Shown here: positions 53,224-64,000 of the stretch, piece after piece
Layout of the letters: the number at the start of each line of letters is the position of its first letter
How positions within the stretch are numbered: the stretch's first letter is position 1
Source: Acutalibacteraceae bacterium
GTDB lineage: Bacteria > Actinomycetota > Coriobacteriia > Coriobacteriales > UMGS124
Assembly (NCBI GenBank): GCA_963619535.1
Contig: CAVEWV010000001.1
Coordinates: forward strand, 7,132-71,131
DNA: 64,000 nt
Reading direction: 5' to 3'
Made by a program: the position numbers and the translations under genes
Notes under the pieces: model-generated
What the model saw: only the letters and a program-made list of their open reading frames with translations
Told to the model about the DNA's origin: nothing
The model's database searches: none

Positions 53224-54597
53224 TTAGATCATCTCCTCGGGTTTGAAGACTCGGTCGAACTCCTCGGCGCTCATGTAGCCGAGCTCGACGCAGGCCTCTT
53301 TCAGACTCTTATCCTGGGCAAAGGCACGCTTGGCCACCTTGGCGGCCGCCTCATAGCCGATGTAGGGGTTCAGGCACGTGACGAGCATGAGCGAGTTGTG
53401 CAGGTTGGCGCTCATCTTGTCGCGGCGTGCCTCGATGCCGACCGCGCAGTTGACCTCGAACGACCTGATGGCGTCGCCCAGAAGGCGCGCCGACTGCAGG
53501 TAGTCGTAGGCGATGACGGGCATGAACACGTTGAGCTCGAAGTTGCCCTGGCTCGCGGCGAAGCCGATGGTCGCGTCGTTGCCCATGACCTGCACGGCCA
53601 CCATGGTGACGGCCTCGCACTGCGTGGGGTTCACCTTGCCGGGCATGATGGAGCTGCCGGGCTCGTTGGCCGGGATGGTGATCTCGCCCAGGCCCAGGCG
53701 GGGTCCGGAGGCGAGCCAGCGCACGTCGTTGGCAATCTTCATCATGTTGGCCGCAAGGCCGCGCAGGGCCCCGTGCGAGAAGGCAACGGCGTCCTTGCCG
53801 GAGAGCGCCGCGAACTTGTTGGGGTCGCTCACGAAGGGTTCGCCCGTGATCTGGGCGATCCTGGCCGCCGAGAGGGCCGCGAAGCCCTCCGGGGCGTTGA
53901 GGCCCGTGCCGACGGCGGTGCCGCCCAGGGCAAGCTTGCGCATGGGGGCAAGCGAGGCCTCGAGCTGCTCGGCGCTGTTCTCAAGCAGGCCCACCCAGCC
54001 GCGCACCTCCTGCGAGAAGGCGATGGGCACGGCGTCCTGCAGGTGCGTGCGCCCGCACTTCACGACGCCCTCGTGAGCCTGGGCCACACGCTCCAGGGTG
54101 GCGGCGAGCGACTTCACCGCGGGCAGCACATGGTCGCGCACGGCAAGCACACAGGCGATGTGCAGGGCCGTGGGGAAGGTGTCGTTGGACGACTGCGAGC
54201 GGTTGACCGAGTCGTTGGGGTGCAGCACGCGCTCCCCCGCGATCTGGTTGCCGCGGTTGGCCACGACCTCGTTGACGTTCATGTTCGACTGCGTGCCCGA
54301 GCCCGTCTGCCACACCTTGAGCGGGAACGACCCGTCGAGCTTGCCTGCGAGGATCTCGTCGCACGCCTGGCCGATGAGATCGCCGGCACGCGCGTCAAGC
54401 ACGCCGAGCTCGACGTTTGCCTGGGCCGCGGCCTTCTTGAGGATGGCGAAGGCCCGCACGATCTCGTCGGGCATGGTCTCGGTGCCTATCTTGAAGTTCT
54501 GGTAGCTGCGCTGGGTCTGCGCGCCCCACAGCGCCTCGGCAGGCACGAGCATGTCCCCCATGGAGTCATGCTCGCGGCGGTACTGCTGCTCTTGCAT
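53224..54597 (-). CDS. fumC: class II fumarate hydratase
   Basis: 457 aa with the fumarate lyase signature GSSIMPGKVNPTQCEA, plus TGSGTQSNMN and HPND.VN.SQSSND. GAGAGGA RBS. Confidence 0.96.
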   Translation of the reverse strand: MQEQQYRREHDSMGDMLVPAEALWGAQTQRSYQNFKIGTETMPDEIVRAFAILKKAAAQANVELGVLDARAGDLIGQACDEILAGKLDGSFPLKVWQTGSGTQSNMNVNEVVANRGNQIAGERVLHPNDSVNRSQSSNDTFPTALHIACVLAVRDHVLPAVKSLAATLERVAQAHEGVVKCGRTHLQDAVPIAFSQEVRGWVGLLENSAEQLEASLAPMRKLALGGTAVGTGLNAPEGFAALSAARIAQITGEPFVSDPNKFAALSGKDAVAFSHGALRGLAANMMKIANDVRWLASGPRLGLGEITIPANEPGSSIMPGKVNPTQCEAVTMVAVQVMGNDATIGFAASQGNFELNVFMPVIAYDYLQSARLLGDAIRSFEVNCAVGIEARRDKMSANLHNSLMLVTCLNPYIGYEAAAKVAKRAFAQDKSLKEACVELGYMSAEEFDRVFKPEEMI

Positions 54598-54731
54598 GAT
54601 GTCCTCTCAAACGCGGATACGACCTGCGCGATTGTACGCCCCTGAAAAGCGACGGCGGCCCTGGGCGGCAACGTCCCACACACCACACAGCCGACCATGC
54701 CCCACGCATGGGCGGGTCGGCGCGTGACCGC

Positions 54732-56552
54732 CTACTCCCCCAGCTGCTCCTGGATCTCGAGCCACTCAAGCTCCAGCTCGTCGAGCTGCCCCTGGCAGGC
54801 GTCCACCTGAGCTTGGAGCTTGCCGAGGCCCTCGTAGTCGGAGGCGGGAAGCGTGAGCATCTGGGCCTGCACATCCTCGATGCGGGAGCGCTGCGTGTCC
54901 ATCTTGCGCTCCACGCTGGAGAGCTGCTTCTTGAGGCGGTAGACGTCGGACTGCGTGAGGCCGTTGGGCAGCGCCGCCGCAGGCGCGGGCGCGCCGGCCC
55001 CCTGCGTCGCGCGCGCAGCGTCCTTGGAGGCCGCCGCCCCCGCGCGCTCGCGCGCCTCCAGCTTGGCCAGGAACTCGTCCACGCCACCGGGCACGTGGGT
55101 CAGCTTGCCGTCCATGACCATGTACTGGTTGTCGGTCACGCGCTCCATGAGGTAGCGGTCGTGCGTCACCAGGATGAGCGTGCCGGGCCAGGAGTCAAGC
55201 AGGTCCTCCAGGATGGCCAGCATGTCGGTGTCCATGTCGTTGCCCGGCTCGTCGAGAACGAGCACGTTGGGCTCACTGAGCAGCACGAGCATGAGCTGCA
55301 GGCGTCGCTGCTGGCCGCCCGACAGCTCCTCGACGCGCGTGAGCTGCTGGCCCGGCTCGAAGCCGATGTTCTCGAGCAGCTGGGCGGGCGTGTACTCCTT
55401 GCCGTTGATGGTGTAGCGGTTCTTGAGGCCGGCGAGCACCTCGCGCACCGTCTCGCCGGTATGGGCGAGCAGCTCGTCGAGGCGCTGGGAGAGCACGGCG
55501 CACTTCACCGACTTGCCGATCTTCACCGTGCCGGAGGTGGGCTCGAGCCTGCCGGTGAGGATGGACAGCAGCGTGGTCTTGCCTGCGCCGTTGGCCCCGA
55601 GGATGCCGTAGCGGTCGCCCGGGCCGATGAGCCAGGTGACGTCGTCGAGCACCTTCTTGCCGGCAAAGTCGACGCTCACGTTCTTGAGCTCGAACACTTG
55701 CTTGCCCAGGCGGCTCACGGCCAGGCGGTGCAGCTCGAGGGTGTTTCGCATGGGCGGGACGTCGTCGATGAGCTCGTGTGCCGCCTTGGCGCGGAACTTG
55801 GGCTTGCAGGCGCGGGCCTGGGGGCCGCGCGCGAGCCATGCGAGCTCCTTGCGCAGCAGGTTCTGCCTGCGGTCCTCTATGACGCGGGCCTGGCGGTCGC
55901 GCTCCAGGCGCTGCTGGATGTAGGCCGAGTAGCCGCCCTCGAAGGGGTCGACGATGCCGTCGTGCACCTCCCACATCGACAGGCACACCTCGTCGAGGAA
56001 CCAGCGGTCGTGAGTCACCACGAGAAGCGCGCCCACACCGGCGGGCCAGCGGGCGTTGAGGTGGGCGGCGAGCCAGCGGATGGTGCGCATGTCGAGGTGG
56101 TTCGTGGGCTCGTCGAGGGCCAGGATGTCCCAGTCGCCCACAAGCAGGCGCGCCAGGTCCACACGGCGGCGCTGGCCGCCCGAGAGCGACCCCACCTTGG
56201 CGTCCCAGGCCACGTCGCCGATGAGGGCCGCCACGATGGCGCGCGTCTTGGGGTCGCTGGCCCACTCGTGCTCGGGGGCGTCGCCCACCACGCACTCCCC
56301 CACGCTCGCCTCGTCGCTCAGCGAGTCCTTCTGGCCGAGCACGCCCACGCGCGTGCCGCGGCGCATGGTGACGCGGCCCGAGTCGGGCTCGAGCAGGCCG
56401 GAGACGATGTTGAGCAGGGTCGACTTGCCGTCGCCGTTCTTGCCCACGATGCCCGTGCGGTCGCCCTCGGCCACGCCCAGCGAAAGCCCCTCGAGGACCT
56501 TGCGGGTGGGATATTCCAGGCTCACTTCTTCACAGCTGATGAGGACGCCCAC
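54732..56552 (-). CDS. ABC-F family ATPase (Uup-like, with C-terminal coiled coil)
   Basis: It has two ABC ATPase cassettes (GKNGDGKST and GANGAGKTT Walker A; LSGGQRRR and LSGGQQRR signatures) and no TM domain. The C-terminal coiled coil is LKKQLSSVERKMD...LELEWLEIQEQL. The GTG start at 56552 lies 1 nt after the murJ stop. The track start at 56660 overlaps murJ. Confidence 0.9.
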   Translation of the reverse strand: MGVLISCEEVSLEYPTRKVLEGLSLGVAEGDRTGIVGKNGDGKSTLLNIVSGLLEPDSGRVTMRRGTRVGVLGQKDSLSDEASVGECVVGDAPEHEWASDPKTRAIVAALIGDVAWDAKVGSLSGGQRRRVDLARLLVGDWDILALDEPTNHLDMRTIRWLAAHLNARWPAGVGALLVVTHDRWFLDEVCLSMWEVHDGIVDPFEGGYSAYIQQRLERDRQARVIEDRRQNLLRKELAWLARGPQARACKPKFRAKAAHELIDDVPPMRNTLELHRLAVSRLGKQVFELKNVSVDFAGKKVLDDVTWLIGPGDRYGILGANGAGKTTLLSILTGRLEPTSGTVKIGKSVKCAVLSQRLDELLAHTGETVREVLAGLKNRYTINGKEYTPAQLLENIGFEPGQQLTRVEELSGGQQRRLQLMLVLLSEPNVLVLDEPGNDMDTDMLAILEDLLDSWPGTLILVTHDRYLMERVTDNQYMVMDGKLTHVPGGVDEFLAKLEARERAGAAASKDAARATQGAGAPAPAAALPNGLTQSDVYRLKKQLSSVERKMDTQRSRIEDVQAQMLTLPASDYEGLGKLQAQVDACQGQLDELELEWLEIQEQLGE

Positions 56553-56553
56553 G

Positions 56554-58341
56554 CTACTTGCCTTTCTTTGGGAGGAAACGGGAGACGATGCGGCCGATGA
56601 AGGCGCTGCCGGGAACCTTGAGCGCCACGCCCAGGCCGTAGGTGACGAGAAGGCTCGCAAGGCCGGCCACGACGATGTAGAGGAAGGTCATGAGGATGCC
56701 GGCGTCGGTGAAGGGCATGTAGAGCAGCTGCAGGACGACCAGGACGATGCCGCCCGCGACGGCCCCCACAAGGCCGACCGCAAACGATGCGACAAAGGAC
56801 TTCACAAGCGACGCGGCACCGATGCCCCCCAGCCTGCGGCTCAGGTAGACATAGCACCACAGGGTGCCGAAGAGGAAGAAGGCGATCTGCGCGATGGCCA
56901 CGCCTCCCAGGCCCAGGCCGTCCCAGTCGCCCGCGCCCAGGCACAGCACGACGGTGAGCACGACCTGCAGCACCGAGACCACGAGGTTGCACACCGCGTA
57001 CTGCCTCATGGCGCGCAGGGCGCTGAACACCTTCTGCATGAACATGAAGCAGGCGTAGAACGGCAGGCTCAAGGCCATGACCACGAGGTAGGAGCTCACG
57101 AGACCCACGCTCGTCCAGTCGAAGCTGCCCGCGCGGAAAAGCGACACCAGGGGCACGGAGAACACGATGAGGTAGAGCATGAACGGCACCATGGAGAAGA
57201 AGTTCTGCTGCGTGCCCGAGATGATGGTGCGCCGCACGCCCTGCGTGTCGCCGTCGGCCGCCATGCCCGAAAGCTCGGTGAAGAGCGTGGTGGTCACGGG
57301 CACGGCGAGAAACGCATAGGGCAGTGTGAACCACTGGCGGGCGTAGTAGAGCACCGAGGAGCCCGCGTCGCTCACCGCCATGGCGGCGGCGTTCTGCACC
57401 GACACCGTGAGGAAGGAGCACAGCGTCACCACGATGGTGGGGATGCCCAGCGACAGCGTCTCGCGCAGGGCCGGGTCGTGCAGGTCGATGCGCCAGGGCC
57501 TGAGATGCAGGCCGTGCCGGGCCAGCGGCAGCACCTGCAGGCCCATCTGCACGAGCACGCCCAGGGGCGTGCCCACGGCGAGCACGAACTTGGCGAGGTC
57601 GGGGTCGTCGACACGGTAGATGAAGTACACGAACATCACGACGATGACCACGAGGTTGTTGAAGATGGGCGCAGCCGAGCTCCACAGGTAGTCGCGGTGC
57701 GCGTTGAGCAGGCCTCCCGCGATGGCCGAGACGCCGTAGAACAAAAGCTGAACGGCGAAGAAGCGGAAGAAGTACTCCACCAGCTCGCGGTCGCCCGAGT
57801 CGGAGAAGAACATCTGCGTCCAGACGACCTGCGGCGTGAAGATCGTCGCAAGCAGGGCCACCACGCCCAGGAACACGACGACGATGCCCATGAGGGTGCT
57901 CGCGTAGGCGCTCGCCCGCTCGTCGCCCTCGCGCTTGCGCAGGCTCACGTACACCGGCAGGAAGGCGGTGACGAGCATGCCGCCCATCACGAGCTCGTAG
58001 AGCTGGTTGGGCAGGTTGCAGGCCACCTGGTAGGAGGAGCTGAGCAGCGTGGTGCCCATGGCCATGCCCATGGCCCAGGTGCGGATGAAGCCGGTGATGC
58101 GCGAGATGGCCACGCAGACGCTGATGAGCAGCTGCGAGCGGCCCACGCTTGCGCTGTCGGCCGGGGCGTCCGCGGCAGGCTTTGCGGACGCGCCGGACGC
58201 CTGCGCGGTCTGCGCGCCCTGGGATGACTTGAAGTGGCGGGGCGCCGTCGCAGCCGAGGCGGGCTTGGCGGGCGCCTCCGCGGCGGGCGACCCTCCCTTC
58301 GGGGCGAAGTGCCTGGCCACATGCTCGGTGTCGCGGGCCAC
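56554..58341 (-). CDS. murJ: lipid II flippase MurJ (MviN) with Ala/Pro-rich N-terminal extension
   Basis: Polytopic MOP-superfamily protein (ISRITGFIRTWAMGMAMG, VACNLPNQLYELV, about 14 TM segments). The start is uncertain. The GTG at 58341 lies just after the ybaK stop, with GGAGGGG about 10 nt upstream. The track start is 58392. Confidence 0.85.
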   Translation of the reverse strand: MARDTEHVARHFAPKGGSPAAEAPAKPASAATAPRHFKSSQGAQTAQASGASAKPAADAPADSASVGRSQLLISVCVAISRITGFIRTWAMGMAMGTTLLSSSYQVACNLPNQLYELVMGGMLVTAFLPVYVSLRKREGDERASAYASTLMGIVVVFLGVVALLATIFTPQVVWTQMFFSDSGDRELVEYFFRFFAVQLLFYGVSAIAGGLLNAHRDYLWSSAAPIFNNLVVIVVMFVYFIYRVDDPDLAKFVLAVGTPLGVLVQMGLQVLPLARHGLHLRPWRIDLHDPALRETLSLGIPTIVVTLCSFLTVSVQNAAAMAVSDAGSSVLYYARQWFTLPYAFLAVPVTTTLFTELSGMAADGDTQGVRRTIISGTQQNFFSMVPFMLYLIVFSVPLVSLFRAGSFDWTSVGLVSSYLVVMALSLPFYACFMFMQKVFSALRAMRQYAVCNLVVSVLQVVLTVVLCLGAGDWDGLGLGGVAIAQIAFFLFGTLWCYVYLSRRLGGIGAASLVKSFVASFAVGLVGAVAGGIVLVVLQLLYMPFTDAGILMTFLYIVVAGLASLLVTYGLGVALKVPGSAFIGRIVSRFLPKKGK

Positions 58342-58346
58342 GCGCC

Positions 58347-58849
58347 TCACCCCTCCACCAGATCGACGAAGGCGGCGCGGCAGAAGTCGCACAGGGCCAC
58401 GGGGTCGAGGATGAGCTTGGCGCCGATCTTGCCGCCGGAGATGGATATGCGCTCGAAGAGCTGGGCGGTCTCGTCGATGAAGGTGGGATAGTCCTTCTTC
58501 ATGCCCAGGGGCGAGGTGCCGCCGCGCACATAGCCCGTGACCGCCGGGAGCTCGCGCCAGTTGAGCAGCGCAAGCGACTTCTCACCCGCCGCGCGGGCCG
58601 CCTTCTTGAGGTCGAGCTCACAGGCCACGGGGATGCAGAAGACCGCATAGGACTTGCGGGGCGACACGCACACGAGGGTCTTGAAGCTCGAGTCGGGGTC
58701 CGAGCCCGTCGCCTCGGCCACGCGCACGCCGATGCCCACGCTCGTCTCGTCCTCCACCTCGTAGGCCAGGTACTCGTACTCGATGCCCGCGTTGTCCAGG
58801 GCGCGCATGGCGTTGGTCTTGGAGCCGGCCTGCTCGCGCTTGCCCCGCG

Positions 58850-58853
<4 letters not shown>
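58347..58853 (-). CDS. ybaK: Cys-tRNA(Pro)/Cys-tRNA(Cys) deacylase YbaK
   Basis: 168 aa with the YbaK/EbsC pattern (TNAMRALD..GI.YE, FKTLV, TGYVRGGTSPLG, ISGG..G). The ATG overlaps the uvrA stop (ATGA). Confidence 0.9.
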
Positions 58854-61729
<2,876 letters not shown>

Positions 61730-61753
61730 CTTCCGATGCTCAAGATGAACGGT

Positions 61754-63427
61754 CTAGCGCACGGCGCCGGCGTTGGCGGCGGCCACCACGGCGCCGGCGC
61801 AACGAAGGCCGTCGGCCGCGGCGCTCATGATGCCGCCCGCATAGCCCGCGCCCTCGCCGCAGGGGTAGAGACCCGCCACATCGACGCTCATGAGGTCGTC
61901 GGACTTGCGCACGATGCGCACCGGCGAGCTGGAGCGGGTCTCCACGCCCGTGAGCACCGCGTCCATGCGGTCGAAGCCCTCCAGGCGCTTGGCCAGGATG
62001 GGCACCGCCGCGCGCAGGGCGCGGTCCACGAAGTCGGGCAGGCACTTGCCCACACTCGTCCACTTGACGCCCAAGGGGTAGGTGGGCTGGATCTTGCCCG
62101 GGCCGTGCGAGGCAACCTTGGCGCGGAAGTCGGTGAGGAGCTGGGCGGGCGCCTTGTAGTCGGCCCCGCCGGCCTCGAAGGCGGCGCGCTCGCAGCGGCG
62201 CTGCAGCTCCACGCCGGCCAGCACGTCGTCGGCGATGCCGGGGATGTCCTCGGGCAGCACGTTGGCCAGAAAGCCGGAGTTTGCGTTGCGGCCGGCACGG
62301 GCGAACTCGCTCATGCCGTTGGTCACCACGCCGCCCTCCTCGCTGGCCGCCGCGACCACCGTGCCGCCCGGGCACATGCAGAAACTGTAGACGCCGCGGC
62401 CGTCCTTGAGGTGGCAGCTCAGCTTGTAGGAGGCCACAGGCAGGGCGTCGGAGTTGGCGATGCCGCCGTACTGCACCTTGTTGATCATGTTCTGCGGGTG
62501 CTCGATGCGCACGCCCATGGAGAACACCTTGGGCTCGAGCGTGAAGCCCTGCACCTTGAGCTGGGAGAACACGTCGCGGGCCGAGTGGCCGCAGGCAAGG
62601 ATGGCCTGCGAGCAGCGGATCTCCTCCTGCTTGGCGGGGCGCCCCGGAGCCTCCACCACGCAGCGAAGGCCGGCGAGCCTGCCGTCCTCCACCACGGGCT
62701 CCACCATGCGCGTGTACCAGCGCACGTCGCCGCCCGCCTCACGGATGCGCTCGACGAGCCTGTCCACCACGCCGGGCAGCACGTCGCTTCCGATGTGGGG
62801 CATGGCCTGCCAGAGGATGTCGGGCGAGGCGCCGGCCTCGACGAAGGCGTTGAGGATCCAGGCGTGCTCGGGGGCGTTGGTGCCCGTGGTGAGCTTGCCG
62901 TCGGAGAAGGTGCCCGCGCCGCCCGCGCCGAACTGGATGTTGCTCTGCGTGTTGAGCTTGCCCGTGGCGTTGAACTTGGCCACGTCGCGGCTGCGCTGCT
63001 CGGCGGGGGCGCCGCGCTCGATGAGGATGGGCGCCATGCCCGCCAGCGCCAGGCTCAGGGCCGCAAACAGGCCCGCGGGGCCGGCGCCCACCACCACGGG
63101 GCGTGCCACCTCGCGTCCGGCCTGGAGCTTGGCGGGCTCGAACGACGCCTCCTTGGCCAGCACGACGTCGTTGGTGGACAGGGCGGCCACGAGGCGCCCC
63201 TCCTGGGCCGAGCCGCCGCGCAGCGAGGCGCGCACGCTCGCCACATAGTGGACGTCGCCGCGCTTGCGGGCGTCCACCGCACGGCGCGTGACCTGGCATT
63301 GCTCGATGTCGCCCACGCCGACCCCGAGCTTGCGGCTCACGGCGAGGCGCAGGAAGTCCGGGTCGTAGGCGACACCGGTCGCCTTGCCGCCCGAAAGGGT
63401 GAGCTTGAGGTTGCGGATCTCGATCAT
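61754..63427 (-). CDS. FAD-dependent oxidoreductase of unknown function (COG2509-like)
   Basis: Start re-set to ATG 63427 (MIEIRNLKLTL) with AAGGAG 8 nt upstream. The dinucleotide-binding motif is VVVGAGPAGLFAAL and there is a C-terminal GEGAGYAGGI motif. The N-terminal ~90 aa precede the Rossmann fold, as in the uncharacterised FAD-dependent dehydrogenase family. Confidence 0.85.
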   Translation of the reverse strand: MIEIRNLKLTLSGGKATGVAYDPDFLRLAVSRKLGVGVGDIEQCQVTRRAVDARKRGDVHYVASVRASLRGGSAQEGRLVAALSTNDVVLAKEASFEPAKLQAGREVARPVVVGAGPAGLFAALSLALAGMAPILIERGAPAEQRSRDVAKFNATGKLNTQSNIQFGAGGAGTFSDGKLTTGTNAPEHAWILNAFVEAGASPDILWQAMPHIGSDVLPGVVDRLVERIREAGGDVRWYTRMVEPVVEDGRLAGLRCVVEAPGRPAKQEEIRCSQAILACGHSARDVFSQLKVQGFTLEPKVFSMGVRIEHPQNMINKVQYGGIANSDALPVASYKLSCHLKDGRGVYSFCMCPGGTVVAAASEEGGVVTNGMSEFARAGRNANSGFLANVLPEDIPGIADDVLAGVELQRRCERAAFEAGGADYKAPAQLLTDFRAKVASHGPGKIQPTYPLGVKWTSVGKCLPDFVDRALRAAVPILAKRLEGFDRMDAVLTGVETRSSSPVRIVRKSDDLMSVDVAGLYPCGEGAGYAGGIMSAAADGLRCAGAVVAAANAGAVR

Positions 63428-63462
63428 CGGCGGGCTCCTTGCTTGGCTGAGTACAATCCCGC

Positions 63463-64000
63463 CTATTCTACCGCGCTTGCCCTGCCTGCAAGAATGCCGC
63501 TGTGCCAAGCCCACGCCAAGTTCAAGCCGCCGCACATGCCGTCCACATCGAGCGCCTCGCCGCACACGTAAAGGCCACGCGCACCACGCACGGCAAACGT
63601 GTCGGGGCTGACCTGCCCGTTGGCGATGCCGCCGCGCGTCACCTGCGCCTGGTCGCCCTCCATCACCTGGGCCACCTCGAACTCCCAGCGCTTGAGGGTG
63701 GCCGCGAGCCGTCCCGCCTGTGCCGGACGGCCGCCGTCACGCCCGCACTGGCGCTCCATGAGGTGCGCGGCCAGCTTGGGCTGGACGGCGCCGTCGAGCA
63801 GGTGCAGCCGGCTGAAGCCGGGGTCGGGCGCGATCTGCGCGGCCTCGATGCGCCCCGCAAGCTCGCGGCGCAGCTGGGCCTCGTCCATATGCGGCACGAG
63901 GTCGAGCGCGAGCACGTCGCCGGGGGCGGCATAGCGCGACGCGTCGAACACGACGATGCCCGACAGGCCGTACTTGCGCACGAGGACCTCGCCGGGCGCC
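63463..64000 (-). CDS. HI0933/BaiN-like flavoprotein, C-terminal portion (gene starts beyond window end)
   Basis: The frame is open to the window end (..APGEVLVRKYGLSGIVVFD..). The C-terminal motifs TRGGI, GLYVCGEALDVDGMCGGLNLAWAWHSG are typical of the HI0933-like NAD(P)/FAD oxidoreductase family. Confidence 0.8.
   Translation of the reverse strand, partial: APGEVLVRKYGLSGIVVFDASRYAAPGDVLALDLVPHMDEAQLRRELAGRIEAAQIAPDPGFSRLHLLDGAVQPKLAAHLMERQCGRDGGRPAQAGRLAATLKRWEFEVAQVMEGDQAQVTRGGIANGQVSPDTFAVRGARGLYVCGEALDVDGMCGGLNLAWAWHSGILAGRASAVE

Noticed and set aside
61730-61753. A search for LexA/Cheo-type SOS boxes (GAAC-N4-GTTC or TCGAAC-N4-GTTCGA) upstream of uvrA, pcrA, polA, ligA and recJ.
   Set aside because: I saw no such palindrome in any of the upstream gaps (61730-61753, 63428-63462, 38285-38491, 47316-47525, 3221-3307). 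The visual scan is imperfect, and a PWM scan would be decisive.

Overview
Visibly GC-rich (roughly two-thirds G+C by eye, not computed) chromosomal segment. The gene content looks like a Gram-positive actinobacterium of the Coriobacteriia type. That placement is inference from a family II (DHH) pyrophosphatase, a type III glutamine synthetase, an LAxTG-like sorting signal, separate SecD/SecF and strong GGAGG ribosome-binding sites. I support about 45 protein genes and one tRNA-Ala(GGC). About 90% of the genes lie on the minus strand and are tightly packed, with many stop/start overlaps. The content is core housekeeping. It includes DNA replication and repair (ligA, recJ, pcrA, polA, uvrA), the stringent response (relA), secretion (secDF) and queuosine tRNA modification (tgt, queA, queH). 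It also includes a complete shikimate/Phe/Tyr supraoperon, nucleotide salvage (pyrE, xpt), envelope functions (uppP, murJ), central metabolism (class I aldolase, fumC, malic enzyme, GSIII, ilvE) and one sortase-anchored repeat surface protein. I saw no rRNA, CRISPR array, transposase, integrase or phage genes, so this is not an obvious accessory island. The main unusual architectures are listed here. (1) A 1222-aa RecJ-HIRAN-RecQ-like helicase fusion sits in the canonical recJ locus. (2) An aro supraoperon encodes AroB-AroA and AroE-AroK fusion proteins. (3) An internally duplicated (tandem) U32-family protein is divergent from tgt. (4) A SWIM-SNF2 ATPase is divergent from pcrA. (5) A surface protein carries four recently duplicated 80-aa repeats. 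Many very long ORFs in the supplied track (up to 1657 aa) are antisense or read-through shadows caused by GC3 bias. They were trimmed or rejected. Several starts were re-assigned from the track using RBS position and family N-termini.
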